Source: an uncultured Actinomycetes bacterium (lineage in GTDB: Bacteria; Actinomycetota; UBA4738; HRBIN12). From it: a stretch of DNA of 64,000 nt. Positions 27,448 through 37,899 of the stretch are shown here, one piece after another. The stretch covers positions 21,526 through 85,525 of the forward strand of contig CAVSXK010000026.1 of NCBI GenBank assembly GCA_963731925.1, written 5' to 3'. Below the pieces are notes generated by a model. The model saw only the letters and a program-made list of their open reading frames with translations, was not told the DNA's origin and did no database searches. A program made the translations under genes and the position numbers. Position 1 is the first letter of the stretch. Each line of letters begins with the position of its first letter.

Positions 27448-29459
27448 ACCGACACCTCTTCCCGGCGCTCTACGACCGGTTCGGGTCGCGGTGTGCTCGC
27501 CGGCCGCGGCCCGGACGGCCATGCCGCAACGATGCCGCCGAGCGCCATCACGGCCCCACCGAACCACAGGAGCCCGATGCCCGGGTTCACGAAGAAGCGG
27601 AACGAGGCGCGCGTCTGGTCCTCGACCGTGACGAGCGAGGCGTACAGGTCCGCCATGCCGTTGAAGGGCGTTCCGACCCGGATCGACGGTGTCCCGATCG
27701 GCTCGGAAGACGCCGGGTACAGGTTGAGCGACGGCTGGAGGCGCACGACCTCTCGCCCGCTGTTCGGATCCAGCACCGTGAGCTCGGCGACCAGCACCCG
27801 TCGGTGCGGCTCATCCCTGGCCGTGAGCCCGTCGAAACGCAGGTCGTAGCCCTCCGCATGCACGATCTCGCCCTCGGTGATCGTCACCTCCGACGAACGG
27901 TCCGAGAGCGCCGACCACGACACGCCGACGACCGCGACGATCAGTCCGAGATGCACCACGAGCCCGCCGTACAGGCGATGGTTCCTGGACACCGCGGCGA
28001 CCGTGGCGCCGCCGATCGAGAGCCCTCGCGCGCGCCGCTGCGCCTGCACGCCCCGAACCATCTCGGCGATGGTCGCCGTCGCGACGAACGCCGCGAGCCC
28101 GAACACGACCACCGCGGCCAACCCCGCCCCCGCAGATGCGAGGACCACCGCGGTGGTGGCGGCGGCCCACATCGGGACCTGCAGGCGGCGAAGGACCGCC
28201 GACAGCGACGCCGCTCGCCACGGCAGGAGGGGCCCGATCCCCATCAGGAACAGGAGGAGGAGCGCCACCGGCGCCGTGTTGCGGTTGAAGAACGGCGATC
28301 CCACCGAGACCTTCCCGCCCGTGACCGCCTCGGCGAGCAGGGGGTAGATCGTCCCGACCAGGACGGTGAACGTGAGCACCAGCAACAGGATGTTGTTGCC
28401 GAGGAACACGCTCTCGCGCGAGAGCGGCGTGTCGAACGTCGCCTCGGCGCGCAGCGACTCCCGTCGCCACGCGATCAGCCCGAACCCTCCCAGCAGCACG
28501 ACGGTGAGGAACACGAGGTACAGGGGTCCGACGATCGAGTCGGCGAACGCGTGGACCGAGGCGAGGATGCTCCCGCGCGTCAGGAACGTCCCGAGCACCG
28601 TGAGCGCGAACGTCCCGACGATGAGCGAGAGGTTCCAGACCTTCAGCATCCCTCGACGCTCCTGCACCATGACCGAGTGCAGGAACGCGGTCCCCAGCAG
28701 CCAGGGCAGGAGCGCGACGTTCTCGACCGGGTCCCACGCCCAGTACCCGCCCCAACCGAGGACGCTGTACGACCACAGGGCGCCCAGCACGAGGCCGATC
28801 ACGAGGAAGATCCAGGCCGCGATCGTCCATCGGCGGGTGATCCGCATCCAGGCGTCGCTCACGCGACCGGTCACGAGCGCGGCGATCGCGAACGCGAACG
28901 GGACCGTGAACCCGATGAACCCGAGGTACAGGAACGGCGGGTGCGCGGCCATGAGCGGGTGGTTCTGCAGGAGAGGCAGCGGCCCCCTTCCGTCGGGCGC
29001 GGCGGTGGCCAGCGTCGCGAACGGCGTCGTCGGTCCCAGGACGAGCACCAGGTAGAAGGCCGACACGCCGAACATCACGGCGAGCGCCCACGGGAACGTC
29101 TGGGGGCGGCGAGCGCGGAAGCGGAACGCCACCGCCGCCAGGTAGCCGCCGAGGACCAGGTTCCACAGCAGCAGGGAGCCCTCGTCCGCGGACCACAGCG
29201 CGAGCACCTTGAAGAACGTCGGGGTCGCGCGGCTGGAGTTCGACGCGACGTACCGCAGCGAGAAGTCGTCGGCCAGCAGCGCCGCCAGCATCGCGAGGTT
29301 CGCCACGACGACGAGCGCGAACAGCGAGTACGCGGCCGTGCGCGCGCTCTCGACCACGCGAGGCCGGCCGGTCCGCGTTCCGACGATCGCCGCGATCGCG
29401 CCGTACAGCGCGAGGGCGAGGGCGAGCGCGAGCGCGAGCGTGCCGACCAGCGCCGGCAT
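27444..29459 (-). CDS. ccmF: cytochrome c-type biogenesis protein CcmF
   Basis: 671 aa polytopic; WGGYWAWDPVEN W-rich motif; intact. Confidence 0.9.
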   Translation of the reverse strand: MPALVGTLALALALALALYGAIAAIVGTRTGRPRVVESARTAAYSLFALVVVANLAMLAALLADDFSLRYVASNSSRATPTFFKVLALWSADEGSLLLWNLVLGGYLAAVAFRFRARRPQTFPWALAVMFGVSAFYLVLVLGPTTPFATLATAAPDGRGPLPLLQNHPLMAAHPPFLYLGFIGFTVPFAFAIAALVTGRVSDAWMRITRRWTIAAWIFLVIGLVLGALWSYSVLGWGGYWAWDPVENVALLPWLLGTAFLHSVMVQERRGMLKVWNLSLIVGTFALTVLGTFLTRGSILASVHAFADSIVGPLYLVFLTVVLLGGFGLIAWRRESLRAEATFDTPLSRESVFLGNNILLLVLTFTVLVGTIYPLLAEAVTGGKVSVGSPFFNRNTAPVALLLLFLMGIGPLLPWRAASLSAVLRRLQVPMWAAATTAVVLASAGAGLAAVVVFGLAAFVATATIAEMVRGVQAQRRARGLSIGGATVAAVSRNHRLYGGLVVHLGLIVAVVGVSWSALSDRSSEVTITEGEIVHAEGYDLRFDGLTARDEPHRRVLVAELTVLDPNSGREVVRLQPSLNLYPASSEPIGTPSIRVGTPFNGMADLYASLVTVEDQTRASFRFFVNPGIGLLWFGGAVMALGGIVAAWPSGPRPASTPRPEPVVERREEVSV

Positions 29460-29866
29460 CAGCTCACCTCGTCGGGCGCGGGCGTCTCACCCGGAGCCGG
29501 TGGCCGGTACTCCTCGCCGTGCTTGACGAGCATGTTGTCGGAGTGGAACGCGCCGTCCGCTCCGTACGTGCCCTCCAGCACGACGCCCGTGCCGGTCCTG
29601 AACAGGGCCGGCGTCGAACCCGTGTGCACCACGCTCATGCGGCTGCTCCCGTCGGTCACCACGAAGCCGACGCCGCCGGCGGCATCGTGCACCGAGCCAG
29701 GTACCACCTGCCCGCCCAGGCGAAGGCGTTCACCGGCGGCCGGATGCTGCTCCAGCAGCTCGGTCGGCGTGACGTAGTAGACGAGGTTGCCCGAGAGCGC
29801 CTGCGTTCCGACCCAGGCCAGGCTGCCGGTGATCAGCACGAGCAGGACGACGACGCGAACGCGCAC
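29459..29866 (-). CDS. ccmE: cytochrome c-type biogenesis heme chaperone CcmE
   Basis: 135 aa, N-terminal TM, ...LVKHGEEY heme-binding-His region; GTG start. Confidence 0.85.
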   Translation of the reverse strand: MRVRVVVLLVLITGSLAWVGTQALSGNLVYYVTPTELLEQHPAAGERLRLGGQVVPGSVHDAAGGVGFVVTDGSSRMSVVHTGSTPALFRTGTGVVLEGTYGADGAFHSDNMLVKHGEEYRPPAPGETPAPDEVS

Positions 29867-29932
29867 GGACAGAGCCTACGAGGGTGCCTCCGTTCTCGTC
29901 GAGGTACCGCGCCGAGCGATGCGAAGCACGGC

Positions 29933-30796
29933 TCAGAGGTCGAACTCGCCCCGGCCGACGACGTGAACCCCTCCCCCGACCCGAACGCGCCAGGCGCCGT
30001 CCTCACGCCGGGCCTCGACGTGGAGCTCGCTCGGACGACCCACCTGCTCGCCCTGCCGGATCAGGACGGATCCCGGCATCCCGGCCAGACCGTGCTCGGC
30101 GAGGTAGGCGCCCAACGGTCCCGCCGCCGAACCGGTCGCCGGGTCCTCGCCGATGTCGAACCCCTCCTCGAACATCCGAGCGACCACGCCGCCGCCCTCG
30201 TCGATGGCGAAGAGGTAGAGCTCCGCCCCTCCCGACCCCCGGATCGCGCGCCCGATCGCTCGGTCGTTGCGGGCTGCGCGCCGGAGCGTTTCCACGTCGC
30301 GGATGGGCACGATCGTGGGCGGCAGGCCGGTGGACACCGGCTGCACCGGCAGTTCGGCGAGATCCTCGAGTTCGAGGCCGATCGCCGTGGCGATCAGGTC
30401 GCGGTCCTCGAACACGCGGCCGAACGAGGCCGGCAGCTGCGTCATCCACGCGGTACCCGCGCCCACGTCGACCTCGACGGGGATCTCGCCGGCGGCGACG
30501 ACCTGGGTCGCCGGGGACCTCACTCGCCCCTCGCTCACCATCACGAAGGCCGTGCCGAGCGTCGGATGTCCGGCGAAAGGGAGCTCCATCCCGGGTGTGA
30601 AGATCCGCATGGCGTACCGGTCGGCTTCGGAGGCGGTGACGAACGTCGTCTCCGAGAACCCGATCTCCTTGGCGATCGCCTGCATCGTCGCATCGTCGAT
30701 CTCGATCGGTTCGGGGACGACGCAGAGCTGGTTGCCGGCGAGCGGCCGTGGCGTGAACACGTCGACGAGCCGGAAGGGCACGTGCACGCCGGGCAC
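29933..30796 (-). CDS. PhzF-family phenazine-biosynthesis-like isomerase
   Basis: 287 aa; PhzF/DAP-epimerase-like fold signature (FTPRPLAGNQLCVV...ETTFV...FAGHPTLGTA). Confidence 0.82.
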   Translation of the reverse strand: MPGVHVPFRLVDVFTPRPLAGNQLCVVPEPIEIDDATMQAIAKEIGFSETTFVTASEADRYAMRIFTPGMELPFAGHPTLGTAFVMVSEGRVRSPATQVVAAGEIPVEVDVGAGTAWMTQLPASFGRVFEDRDLIATAIGLELEDLAELPVQPVSTGLPPTIVPIRDVETLRRAARNDRAIGRAIRGSGGAELYLFAIDEGGGVVARMFEEGFDIGEDPATGSAAGPLGAYLAEHGLAGMPGSVLIRQGEQVGRPSELHVEARREDGAWRVRVGGGVHVVGRGEFDL

Positions 30797-30823
30797 TCTA
30801 ACGGGCCATTGCTACCTTTGGAC

Positions 30824-31477
30824 ATGGCCGAACGGACCTTCCGGGACGGGGCTCGAGCCGTCGGACCGCTCGCGATCGCCGTCGCCGGATTCGGGATCTC
30901 GTTCGGCGTGATCGCTCGCGCGGTCGGGTTCGGATGGCTTGCACCGATCGTGATGTCGGCGACGACGTTCGCCGGCTCGGCCCAGTTCGCCTCGGTCTCC
31001 GTGCTCCGTGACGGCGGCACGGTCGCCGCGGCGGTCGCGGCGGCACTCCTGCTGAACGCGAGGTACGCGCCGATCGGCATCTCGGTCGCGCCGTACCTGA
31101 CCGGTTCCGTGGTGTCGAGGTTCGTCCACGCGCAGCTCGTCGTCGACGAGTCCTGGGCGATCGCCGCCGAGGGCGAGGGCCGGTTCTCCCGAAGCATGCT
31201 GCTCGGCGCCGGCGTCGTCCTGTACGTCTCGTGGGTCGCGGGCACGACGGTGGGCGCGATCGTGGGGCAGGGGATCGGGGATCCGGCCGCCCTCGGGCTC
31301 GACGCGGCGTTCGCCGCCCTGTTCCTTGGGCTCCTCGTCCCCCTCCTCCGCGATCGGCGGCACGTCGCGGCGGCCGCCCTCGGTGCGGGGATCGCCCTCG
31401 CGCTCACGCCGTTCGCGCCGGCCGGTGTGCCGATCATCGCGGCGAGCGCCGCATGTCTGCTGGGGTTGAAGCGATGA
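30824..31477 (+). CDS. azlC: AzlC-family branched-chain amino-acid exporter component
   Basis: 217 aa hydrophobic, AzlC-like; the upstream part of the 652-aa ORF is antisense artifact. Confidence 0.8.
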   Translation: MAERTFRDGARAVGPLAIAVAGFGISFGVIARAVGFGWLAPIVMSATTFAGSAQFASVSVLRDGGTVAAAVAAALLLNARYAPIGISVAPYLTGSVVSRFVHAQLVVDESWAIAAEGEGRFSRSMLLGAGVVLYVSWVAGTTVGAIVGQGIGDPAALGLDAAFAALFLGLLVPLLRDRRHVAAAALGAGIALALTPFAPAGVPIIAASAACLLGLKR

Positions 31478-31782
31478 GCCAGACGTGGCTCGTCGTTGCG
31501 TTGGTCGGAGCGGGCACCATCGCGATCAAGGCGATCGGCCCGGTGCTGCTCGGCGGCCGCCCGCTCCCCGAGAGCCTTTCGCGCGTGATCGAGCTCCTCG
31601 CGCCGGCCCTGCTCGGAGCGCTGGTCGCCTGGCAGACATTCGGGAACGGGGAGGCGCTCGCGATCGACGAGCGAGTGATCGGCGTGGCGGCCGCAGCGGT
31701 CGCGATCTGGCGAAAGGCGCCGCTCCTCGTCGTCGTGATCGTCGCGACCCTTACGACCGCGCTCGCCCGGGCGATCCTCTGA
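31474..31782 (+). CDS. azlD: AzlD-family small membrane protein
   Basis: 102 aa, 3-4 TM, ATG overlaps azlC stop. Confidence 0.78.
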   Translation: MSQTWLVVALVGAGTIAIKAIGPVLLGGRPLPESLSRVIELLAPALLGALVAWQTFGNGEALAIDERVIGVAAAAVAIWRKAPLLVVVIVATLTTALARAIL

Positions 31783-31805
31783 GGTTGCTAGGCTTCACGA
31801 GCCAC

Positions 31806-31876
<71 letters not shown>

Positions 31877-32082
31877 CCTCGGGTAAGGGCATGCATCCCA
31901 GGTCAGAGGCCGTCTGGCGCTCGCCTTCTACTCAGGACTCCTTTTCGTTTTCGCGGCATTCTTCCGGTCTCTTGCGGGACGGCCCGGGGACAGATGCAGG
32001 AAGGGAGGTTCGAGGAGGCGGAACGCCGCCATGCGCGAGAGTTCTCCGCTGGAATGTCCCTCGAGTGGAGTGCTGATCTCTC

Positions 32083-32514
32083 TCAGGCCGACGCCATCGA
32101 TCCCTCGGTCACTTCCCCCTTGTGCGCCGCGAAGGCCGCCAGGACTTCATCCTTCTCGCGCGGAGGGACCCCGAAGTGATCGAGCGTGCGTCCCAGCTCA
32201 GCCGCGACCTCGTCGAACTCCTCGGGGGCGATGTGGAGGTCGCGATGGGCCTCCTCCAGCCCGAGGGGGGTGCTTCCCGGCTTCGTGGCTGAAAACGAGA
32301 AGGGTCCACCGGCGACGTTGCAGACCCACAGCGTGCGCATGAACTTCAGCCCGGGGAGCCGGTCCAGCTGGTTGGTATGCCATTCACGAAGCTCGGGGTT
32401 CTTCGATGCTTGGCCGACGATCGGGTTCTGGACGACCGCATCGCTGAAGTGGTCGATCACCGCAGCGATGGCGAACACGCCACCCAATCGTTCGTACAGG
32501 CTCGGCTCAGCCAT
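32083..32514 (-). CDS. glbO: group II truncated hemoglobin (trHbO)
   Basis: 143 aa MAEPSLYERLGGVFAIAAVIDHFSDAV...W.TNQ... Confidence 0.85.
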   Translation of the reverse strand: MAEPSLYERLGGVFAIAAVIDHFSDAVVQNPIVGQASKNPELREWHTNQLDRLPGLKFMRTLWVCNVAGGPFSFSATKPGSTPLGLEEAHRDLHIAPEEFDEVAAELGRTLDHFGVPPREKDEVLAAFAAHKGEVTEGSMASA

Positions 32515-32645
32515 CGTCCTTCTCCTCTCTTCATCACTCCCTCATCACGAGTCAGAGGATCGGAAGGAGGACCTCGCGTTGGCGACCGGGAGTGACGCAT
32601 AGGATGCCCTTTTATGAAGGGTTTAGAGGCTAGGAAGCCTCTTTA

Positions 32646-33302
32646 TCAGATCGAAGCGCGTCCGGTCAAGACCTGAAATGAGCACCCCTTCTCTGCGTAG
32701 TCGCGGAACGCTGCCGTTCTCAGGTCCAACCCTGCCTTCTGGAAGGCGCCCTCGAGGATGCCGGCGTGGAACTCGCAGACGATGTCCTGGGCCTGCTCAC
32801 ACGCCTCACGGAAGATGCAGTTCCGCGCGACGATCTCCCCGTCCGCGAGCACGTATTGCGCAGCTAGCGGAGCGAGTTGGTGAAGCGCGGATTCGGGGGA
32901 GTCCGCGGGCTTGGTGACCAGCGACGCGCCATACCCCCGTCCGGCTTCCCGAGCGGCGTCGATCCCTTCGGACACTCCGCGAAGAGCTTGGGCCAACTCC
33001 GCCGCGAGCCGTGCGAATCGCCGAACAGGGTAGCTGAGTTCGATTTGCTGCCCGGTGAGCCGGTACAGCTTGGCGGGTTTGCCAGACGTGCCCCGTCGCT
33101 GACCTGACACCAGGTACCCGAGTGCCACCAGCCGCTCGAGATGTGCATGAGCGACGGTTCTGTGGACGCCCACCGCCTCGGCGACCTCGGCCGTTGTCCA
33201 TTCGGCCTGGTGGACGTAGAAGTCGAGGAGGATCCGACGTCGCGTAGGATCCTGCAACGCGGAGATGGTTCGGTCGATCTCGGCGAGTGGTTCATCACCC
33301 AC
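32646..33302 (-). CDS. ArsR/SmtB-like HTH transcriptional regulator with Cys-containing C-terminal domain
   Basis: N-terminal wHTH (ISALQDPTRRRILLDF...TTAEVAEAVGVHRTVAHAHLERL); C-terminal domain with 4 Cys; directly upstream of trHbO on the same strand. Confidence 0.6.
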   Translation of the reverse strand: MGDEPLAEIDRTISALQDPTRRRILLDFYVHQAEWTTAEVAEAVGVHRTVAHAHLERLVALGYLVSGQRRGTSGKPAKLYRLTGQQIELSYPVRRFARLAAELAQALRGVSEGIDAAREAGRGYGASLVTKPADSPESALHQLAPLAAQYVLADGEIVARNCIFREACEQAQDIVCEFHAGILEGAFQKAGLDLRTAAFRDYAEKGCSFQVLTGRASI

Positions 33303-33303
33303 G

Positions 33304-33921
33304 CTAGAAGCTTATCCACAGCCGCATCTGCTGCTCCGCGTGTCCGATCATCGCGGTCCTTGACGAGCAGGACCGGGACTTCATCAACGGCTCGGGGCTA
33401 CCCGGACTTCTGTCCCGTGCGCAGGTCCATCCAGCTCGTCTCGATGGCCGCGTAACGGGCCCAGGCGGCGGCCCATCCGTCGTCGTTGCGCGGGAACGTC
33501 TCGACCGGCTGCTGCGGTGTGTTCCTGTCCCAGATCCCGAAGTGGTCAGGCGCGAACCCGAGCAGGTAGCGCGAGCCCGTGTGCGTGAACTCGATCTTGG
33601 CTTCCACGGGCGTGGGTTGCGCCGCGGCGGGCTGAGCAGTCGCTGCCGCCGGGGCCTGGGCGACCGGCTGCGCAACCGTGGGCGCGGGTTCCGCCTTCGG
33701 CTGGGCCGTCGCGAGGGGCGCCGTCCGCGTGGCCTGTGGCGGAGCGACCTCCTTCTCCTCGACCCTGGGCGTCTCGACCTTCGGGGCTTCCTGGGGGCCT
33801 CGGCGCGCTTCGGAGGACCCACCGCGCCGGCGGGGATCTCATCCACGAGCCACGAACCGCACCAGCGGCACTTGATCGCCGCGTCCTTGATCTCCTCGGC
33901 ACAGTACGGACAGGTCTTCAT
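33304..33921 (-). CDS. zinc-ribbon protein with Pro/Ala-rich linker and conserved C-terminal domain; single-base frameshift in a C-homopolymer near 33795
   Basis: MKTCPYCAEEIKDAAIKCRWCG (frame 1) then ..QEAPKVETPRVEEKEVAPPQ...AAQPTPVEAKIEFTHTGSRYLLGFAPDHFGIWDR...WMDLRTGQKSG (frame 2, ends 33398). Confidence 0.5.
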   Translation of the reverse strand: MKTCPYCAEEIKDAAIKCRWCGSWLVDEIPAGAVGPPKRAEAPRKPRRSRRPGSRRRRSLRHRPRGRRPSRRPSRRRNPRPRLRSRSPRPRRQRLLSPPRRNPRPWKPRSSSRTRARATCSGSRLTTSGSGTGTHRSSRSRRSRATTTDGPPPGPVTRPSRRAGWTCARDRSPGSPEPLMKSRSCSSRTAMIGHAEQQMRLWISF

Positions 33922-34008
33922 CGGCGTGCTCCTTCCACATCCCGCGTTGCTGCCGTCAGGACGACGGAAGCGTACCCCTGGACCGCGACCGGAGTGAAAC
34001 CGGAGACC

Positions 34009-35235
34009 TCAGGTAGCCGAGACGACCCGGCCGCCCTTCATCACGAACGCGACGTCGGTCAGCAGGTCGACGTCGTTCATCACGTCGCCCTCCACCGCGA
34101 CCAGGTCGGCGAACAGACCCGGCTCGAGCGCGCCGACCCGGTCGCGCCACCCCAGGAGCTCGGCCGCGACGACCGTCGCGGAGCGGATCGCCTCCAGCGG
34201 AGTCATGCCGTACTTGACCATGGACGCGAACTGCTTGGCGTTCATCCCGTGCGGGTAGGTCCCGCTGTCCGTCCCGAACGCGATCCGCACGCCCGCCTCG
34301 ACGGCCTTGGCGAACCCCTCGCGCTGCACGTCGGTCGTCTCGCGCAGCTTGCGCATGACGTCCGGCGACCAGCCTTCGCGCTCGCCCTGCTCGATCGACC
34401 AGTCCCCCATCCAGACGTCGGCGACCAGGAAGGTTCCGTGCTCGGCCATGAGCGCGATCGACTCGTCGTCCATCAGCGAACCGTGCTCGATCGAACGGAC
34501 GCCGGCCCGAACGGCGCGCTTGATGCCCTCGGCGCCGTGGGCGTGGGCCGCGACGTGCGTCTCGTACAGCGCAGCCTCCTCGACCGCCGCTCGGATCTCG
34601 GCCTCGCTGAACTCGGGCGCGGACGGGACGGTCCCTTCGGTGAGGACCGCCCCGGTCGCGATGACCTTGATGAAGTCGGCGCCGCCGTGCAGGATCTCGC
34701 GCACGGCCTTGCGGACCTCGTCGGGCGAGTTCGCGACGCCGAAGCGCAGATCCCGTGGGACCACGGCGTCGACGTCGGGCGCGAGGCCGGTCACGTCGCC
34801 CCCGCCGCCCGAGCTCGTGACGTACGCGCCCGCACAGAGCATCCGCGGACCGAGCACGTCGCCGGCCTCGATCGCATCGCGAAGCGCGACGTCGACGAAC
34901 GCTCGGAAGGTCCCGACGTCCCGGACGCTCGTGAAGCCGGCCATGATCGTGTCCCGCGCGTTCCGAACCCCGGAAAGCGCCTCCTGCGCCCCGGTGCGCT
35001 GCACGAGCGCCGCGTACCCGTGCCCGCTCTCGACCTCGCCGATGAGGTGCGCGTGGCAGTCGATCAGGCCGGGAAGCACGGTGTGGTTCGACAGGTCGAC
35101 GTCGACGGGACCGTCGTCATACGGTCCGACCGACTCGATGCGCTCGCCACGCGCGATCAGGAGCTGATCGGTCAGCACTTCGCCGGCGACGACCTCGACC
35201 AGGCGTCCGGCCCGGATCCTCGTGACGTCGGTCAC
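34009..35235 (-). CDS. metal-dependent amidohydrolase
   Basis: 409 aa; HxH motif (LIDCHAHL) and later HAHG; GTG start overlaps ALDH stop (GTGA). Confidence 0.85.
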   Translation of the reverse strand: MTDVTRIRAGRLVEVVAGEVLTDQLLIARGERIESVGPYDDGPVDVDLSNHTVLPGLIDCHAHLIGEVESGHGYAALVQRTGAQEALSGVRNARDTIMAGFTSVRDVGTFRAFVDVALRDAIEAGDVLGPRMLCAGAYVTSSGGGGDVTGLAPDVDAVVPRDLRFGVANSPDEVRKAVREILHGGADFIKVIATGAVLTEGTVPSAPEFSEAEIRAAVEEAALYETHVAAHAHGAEGIKRAVRAGVRSIEHGSLMDDESIALMAEHGTFLVADVWMGDWSIEQGEREGWSPDVMRKLRETTDVQREGFAKAVEAGVRIAFGTDSGTYPHGMNAKQFASMVKYGMTPLEAIRSATVVAAELLGWRDRVGALEPGLFADLVAVEGDVMNDVDLLTDVAFVMKGGRVVSAT

Positions 35236-36792
35236 GGCTCGGGCAGCCGGAACGAGGGGTCGGCCGACAGGTCCGCGACGTCCATCTGGGCCTTCTGCAG
35301 CTTGCCCGAGTAGTCCCAGTTCATCGCCTGCCACCGCGTGAACTGGTCGAGCACCCACACGCCGGACTGGCGCGCGCCGTTCCCGCTCCGCCCGTTGCCG
35401 CCGAACGGTAGGTGCGCCTCCGCGCCGGTGGTCGAGTTGTTCACGCTCACCATGCCGGCCGAGATCCGCTCGCGGAACCGGAACACGTTGAGGGGATCCG
35501 TCGTGTAGATCGAGGACGACAGGCCGTACCCGTGGCCGTTCGCGAGCGCCATCGCCTCGTCGAAGTCGCCGAACGTCGCCACGCCCACGATCGGACCGAA
35601 CGTCTCCTGCTTGTACAGGTCGTCGTCCGCCGTCACCCCGTCGACGATCGTCGGGTGCACGAACAGCCCCGCCTCCGGATCGCCGACGAACCCCGCTCGC
35701 GGGTTGTCGCGCGTGATCCGCCCGGTGCCGCTCGAGCCAGAGAGCACGTGATGCGGCTGCACCCAGTCGAGCCACCCGAGGAAGCGATCGTAGAAGCGCG
35801 ACGAGATCATCGGCCCGTAGAGCACGTCCTCGAACGGATCGCCGATCGCCGCCGTCTCCACCGCGTTCGCGTATCGCGAGAGGAACTCGTCGTGCACGCG
35901 CTCGTGCACGATCACCGTGCCGAGCGACGTGCATCGCTGCCCCGCGGTGCCGAACCCGCTGAACAGCGCGCCCTCGACGGCGAGGTCGAGCTCGGCGTCG
36001 CGCATGACCACGAGCGGGTTCTTGCCACCGAGTTCGAGACACGGCGTCTGGAGATGCCGGCCGCAGAGCTCGCCCGAGACGCCGACCGACCTCGCTCGAG
36101 CCGGTGAACCCCACCTTGTCGACGAGCCCCGCCTCCAGCGCCTGCGAGAGGCCGTCGAACGTCGAGGCGCCGTCCGCGAGCACCATGTTGAAGACGCCCT
36201 CGGGGAAGCCGGCGTGCAGGAACAGCTGCGCGAGCGCCTCGGAGGTGGCCGGCGCATACTCGGCCGGCTTCCACACGACCGTGTTGCCGCACAAGAGCGC
36301 CGGGACCAGGTACCAGGAGGGAACGGCGACCGGGAAGTTCCCCGCCGTGACGATCGCCGCGACGCCGACCGGGTTCCGGAACGTGAACAGCTGCTTGTCG
36401 GGCAGCTCGGACGGGACCGTCATGCCGTACAGGCGACGGCCCTCCGACACGAAGAAGTTGCACGTGTCGACGACCTCCTGCACCGAGCCACGGGCTTCGG
36501 CGAGGGGTTTGCCGATCTCAAGGGTCATGATCCGGGCGAGCGTCTCGGCGTTCTCCTCGACGAGCCGGCCGAGCTGCTGGATCGCGCGGCCGCGGACGGG
36601 TGCCGGCACGCGCGCCCAGCGCGGTTGGGCATCCCGGGCTGCGGCGCAAGCCTCCACGAAGGTCGTGGGATCGCCCAGCCGCGCGGTGGCGACGACGTCG
36701 ACGAGCCGTGTGGGGTTCGGGATCTCCAGCGTGCCGCCCGGCGCGCCCTCACGAGCTCGACCGCCGATCAGCGAAGCGACCGTGCGCGCCAT
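35232..36792 (-). CDS. NAD(P)-dependent aldehyde dehydrogenase with one +1 frameshift near 36075
   Basis: N-half ..FTGSSEVGRRLG in one frame, C-half ELCGRHLQTPCLELGGKNP...(catalytic Cys region)..EAHLPFGG in another; extra G in ctcgGgcgag. Confidence 0.8.
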
Positions 36793-36861
36793 CGCGCCAT
36801 CCTACGCCGCCGTTCGCGGCCGGGACCGCCGTCGTTTGCGCACGGGACCTCGGGCTGCGAC

Positions 36862-37312
36862 GATGCCTCCCATGGCCGCCGCTCGACGCCCGATGGTCAA
36901 CCTCCTCGGCCGGGTCCCGCTGTTCGAGGGCTGCACCCGCATGGATCTCTCGCGGATCGCGGCCCTGTCCGAGGAACGCATCTACCACGAGGGTCAGGTG
37001 ATCGTGACGGCGGGCGACCCCGGCAAGGCGTTCTACGTGATCACGAACGGCAAGGTGAAGGTCGTGGCCGGCAAGACGCCCGGCGGCAAGAAGGAAGCGG
37101 AGCTCGGCCGGGGCGAGTTCTTCGGCGAGCTCTCGCTCCTCGACGGCGACGCACGGACCCGCACCGTCGTCGCCGAGACGCCGCTCGAGACGATCCGGAT
37201 CGAGCGCTCGGAATTCCGCAAGCTGCTCCGGAAGGAGCCCAACCTGGCGATCCGGCTCCTCGAGGGGATGGCCAGGCGCACCCGCAAGATCCTCGACCAG
37301 CCGCCGCTGTAG
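36862..37312 (+). CDS. stand-alone cyclic-nucleotide-binding (CNB/Crp-like) domain protein, no HTH
   Basis: FGELSLLDG...RTRTVVA phosphate-binding cassette; about 150 aa. Confidence 0.75.
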
Positions 37313-37367
37313 GACCCCGCCTCCCGCCCTCCCGACACCCCGCGGCTCGTTCGGAGGTGGCGCGCGC

Positions 37368-37685
37368 TCACGAGACGTACGAGAAGGCCCTCTCCGCGAG
37401 ATCGGCCCAGCGCTCGGCATGGGTGAGCGGGACCAGCACCCATTCCTTCATCGCACGACCCTTCGCCGGCTCGAACGGCTCGACGCCCGGCTGCTTCCGC
37501 GCCTCCTCGAGATCGTCCGGGCCGAGCTTGAAGTTCATCGCGTCGCCGAACGTACCCGCGAACACCTTGCCGCCGGCCTTCAGCACCGGCATCCCGAACA
37601 TCTGCGACCGCTCCGCGCCCCGCGCCACGAACGTCTCGGCCAGCTCGTCGAATCGCGCCACGGTCTTTGGGCCCGCCTTCGGCAT
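37368..37685 (-). CDS. hypothetical protein (TfoX-N/DUF1801-like fold guess)
   Basis: ORF with plausible start MPKAGPKTVARFDELAETF...; function uncertain. Confidence 0.4.
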   Translation of the reverse strand: MPKAGPKTVARFDELAETFVARGAERSQMFGMPVLKAGGKVFAGTFGDAMNFKLGPDDLEEARKQPGVEPFEPAKGRAMKEWVLVPLTHAERWADLAERAFSYVS

Positions 37686-37899
37686 CTTCTGCGCCCGAGG
37701 AGGGGGTATCGCCTTCTTGGGGCGGGTCTTCGCCGGCGTCTCCCTCGACGGCATACGCCGGATGCTACCGTGGCGGCCACGCCTCCCCACCGAAGCGACG
37801 CGAACGCTCGGTGTTCCGCACGCTGCACGTCTGTCGCCGCCTCGGTCACCTTCTGAGCCGAACGCGGCTGCCCCGCGGCGCTGCCCTACAATCGGGCCA

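Noticed and set aside
27804-29777. 657-aa plus-strand ORF opposite ccmF/ccmE
   Set aside because: Antisense artifact of an intact ccmF.
29519-30823. N-terminal two-thirds of the 652-aa plus-strand ORF
   Set aside because: Antisense to phzF-like gene. Only the final 217 codons (azlC) are real.
31880-32082. Lower-GC non-coding stretch after tRNA-Gly as a second integration scar
   Set aside because: No repeat of the tRNA-Gly 3' end or other direct repeats detected. Probably just the promoter/terminator region of the trHbO unit.
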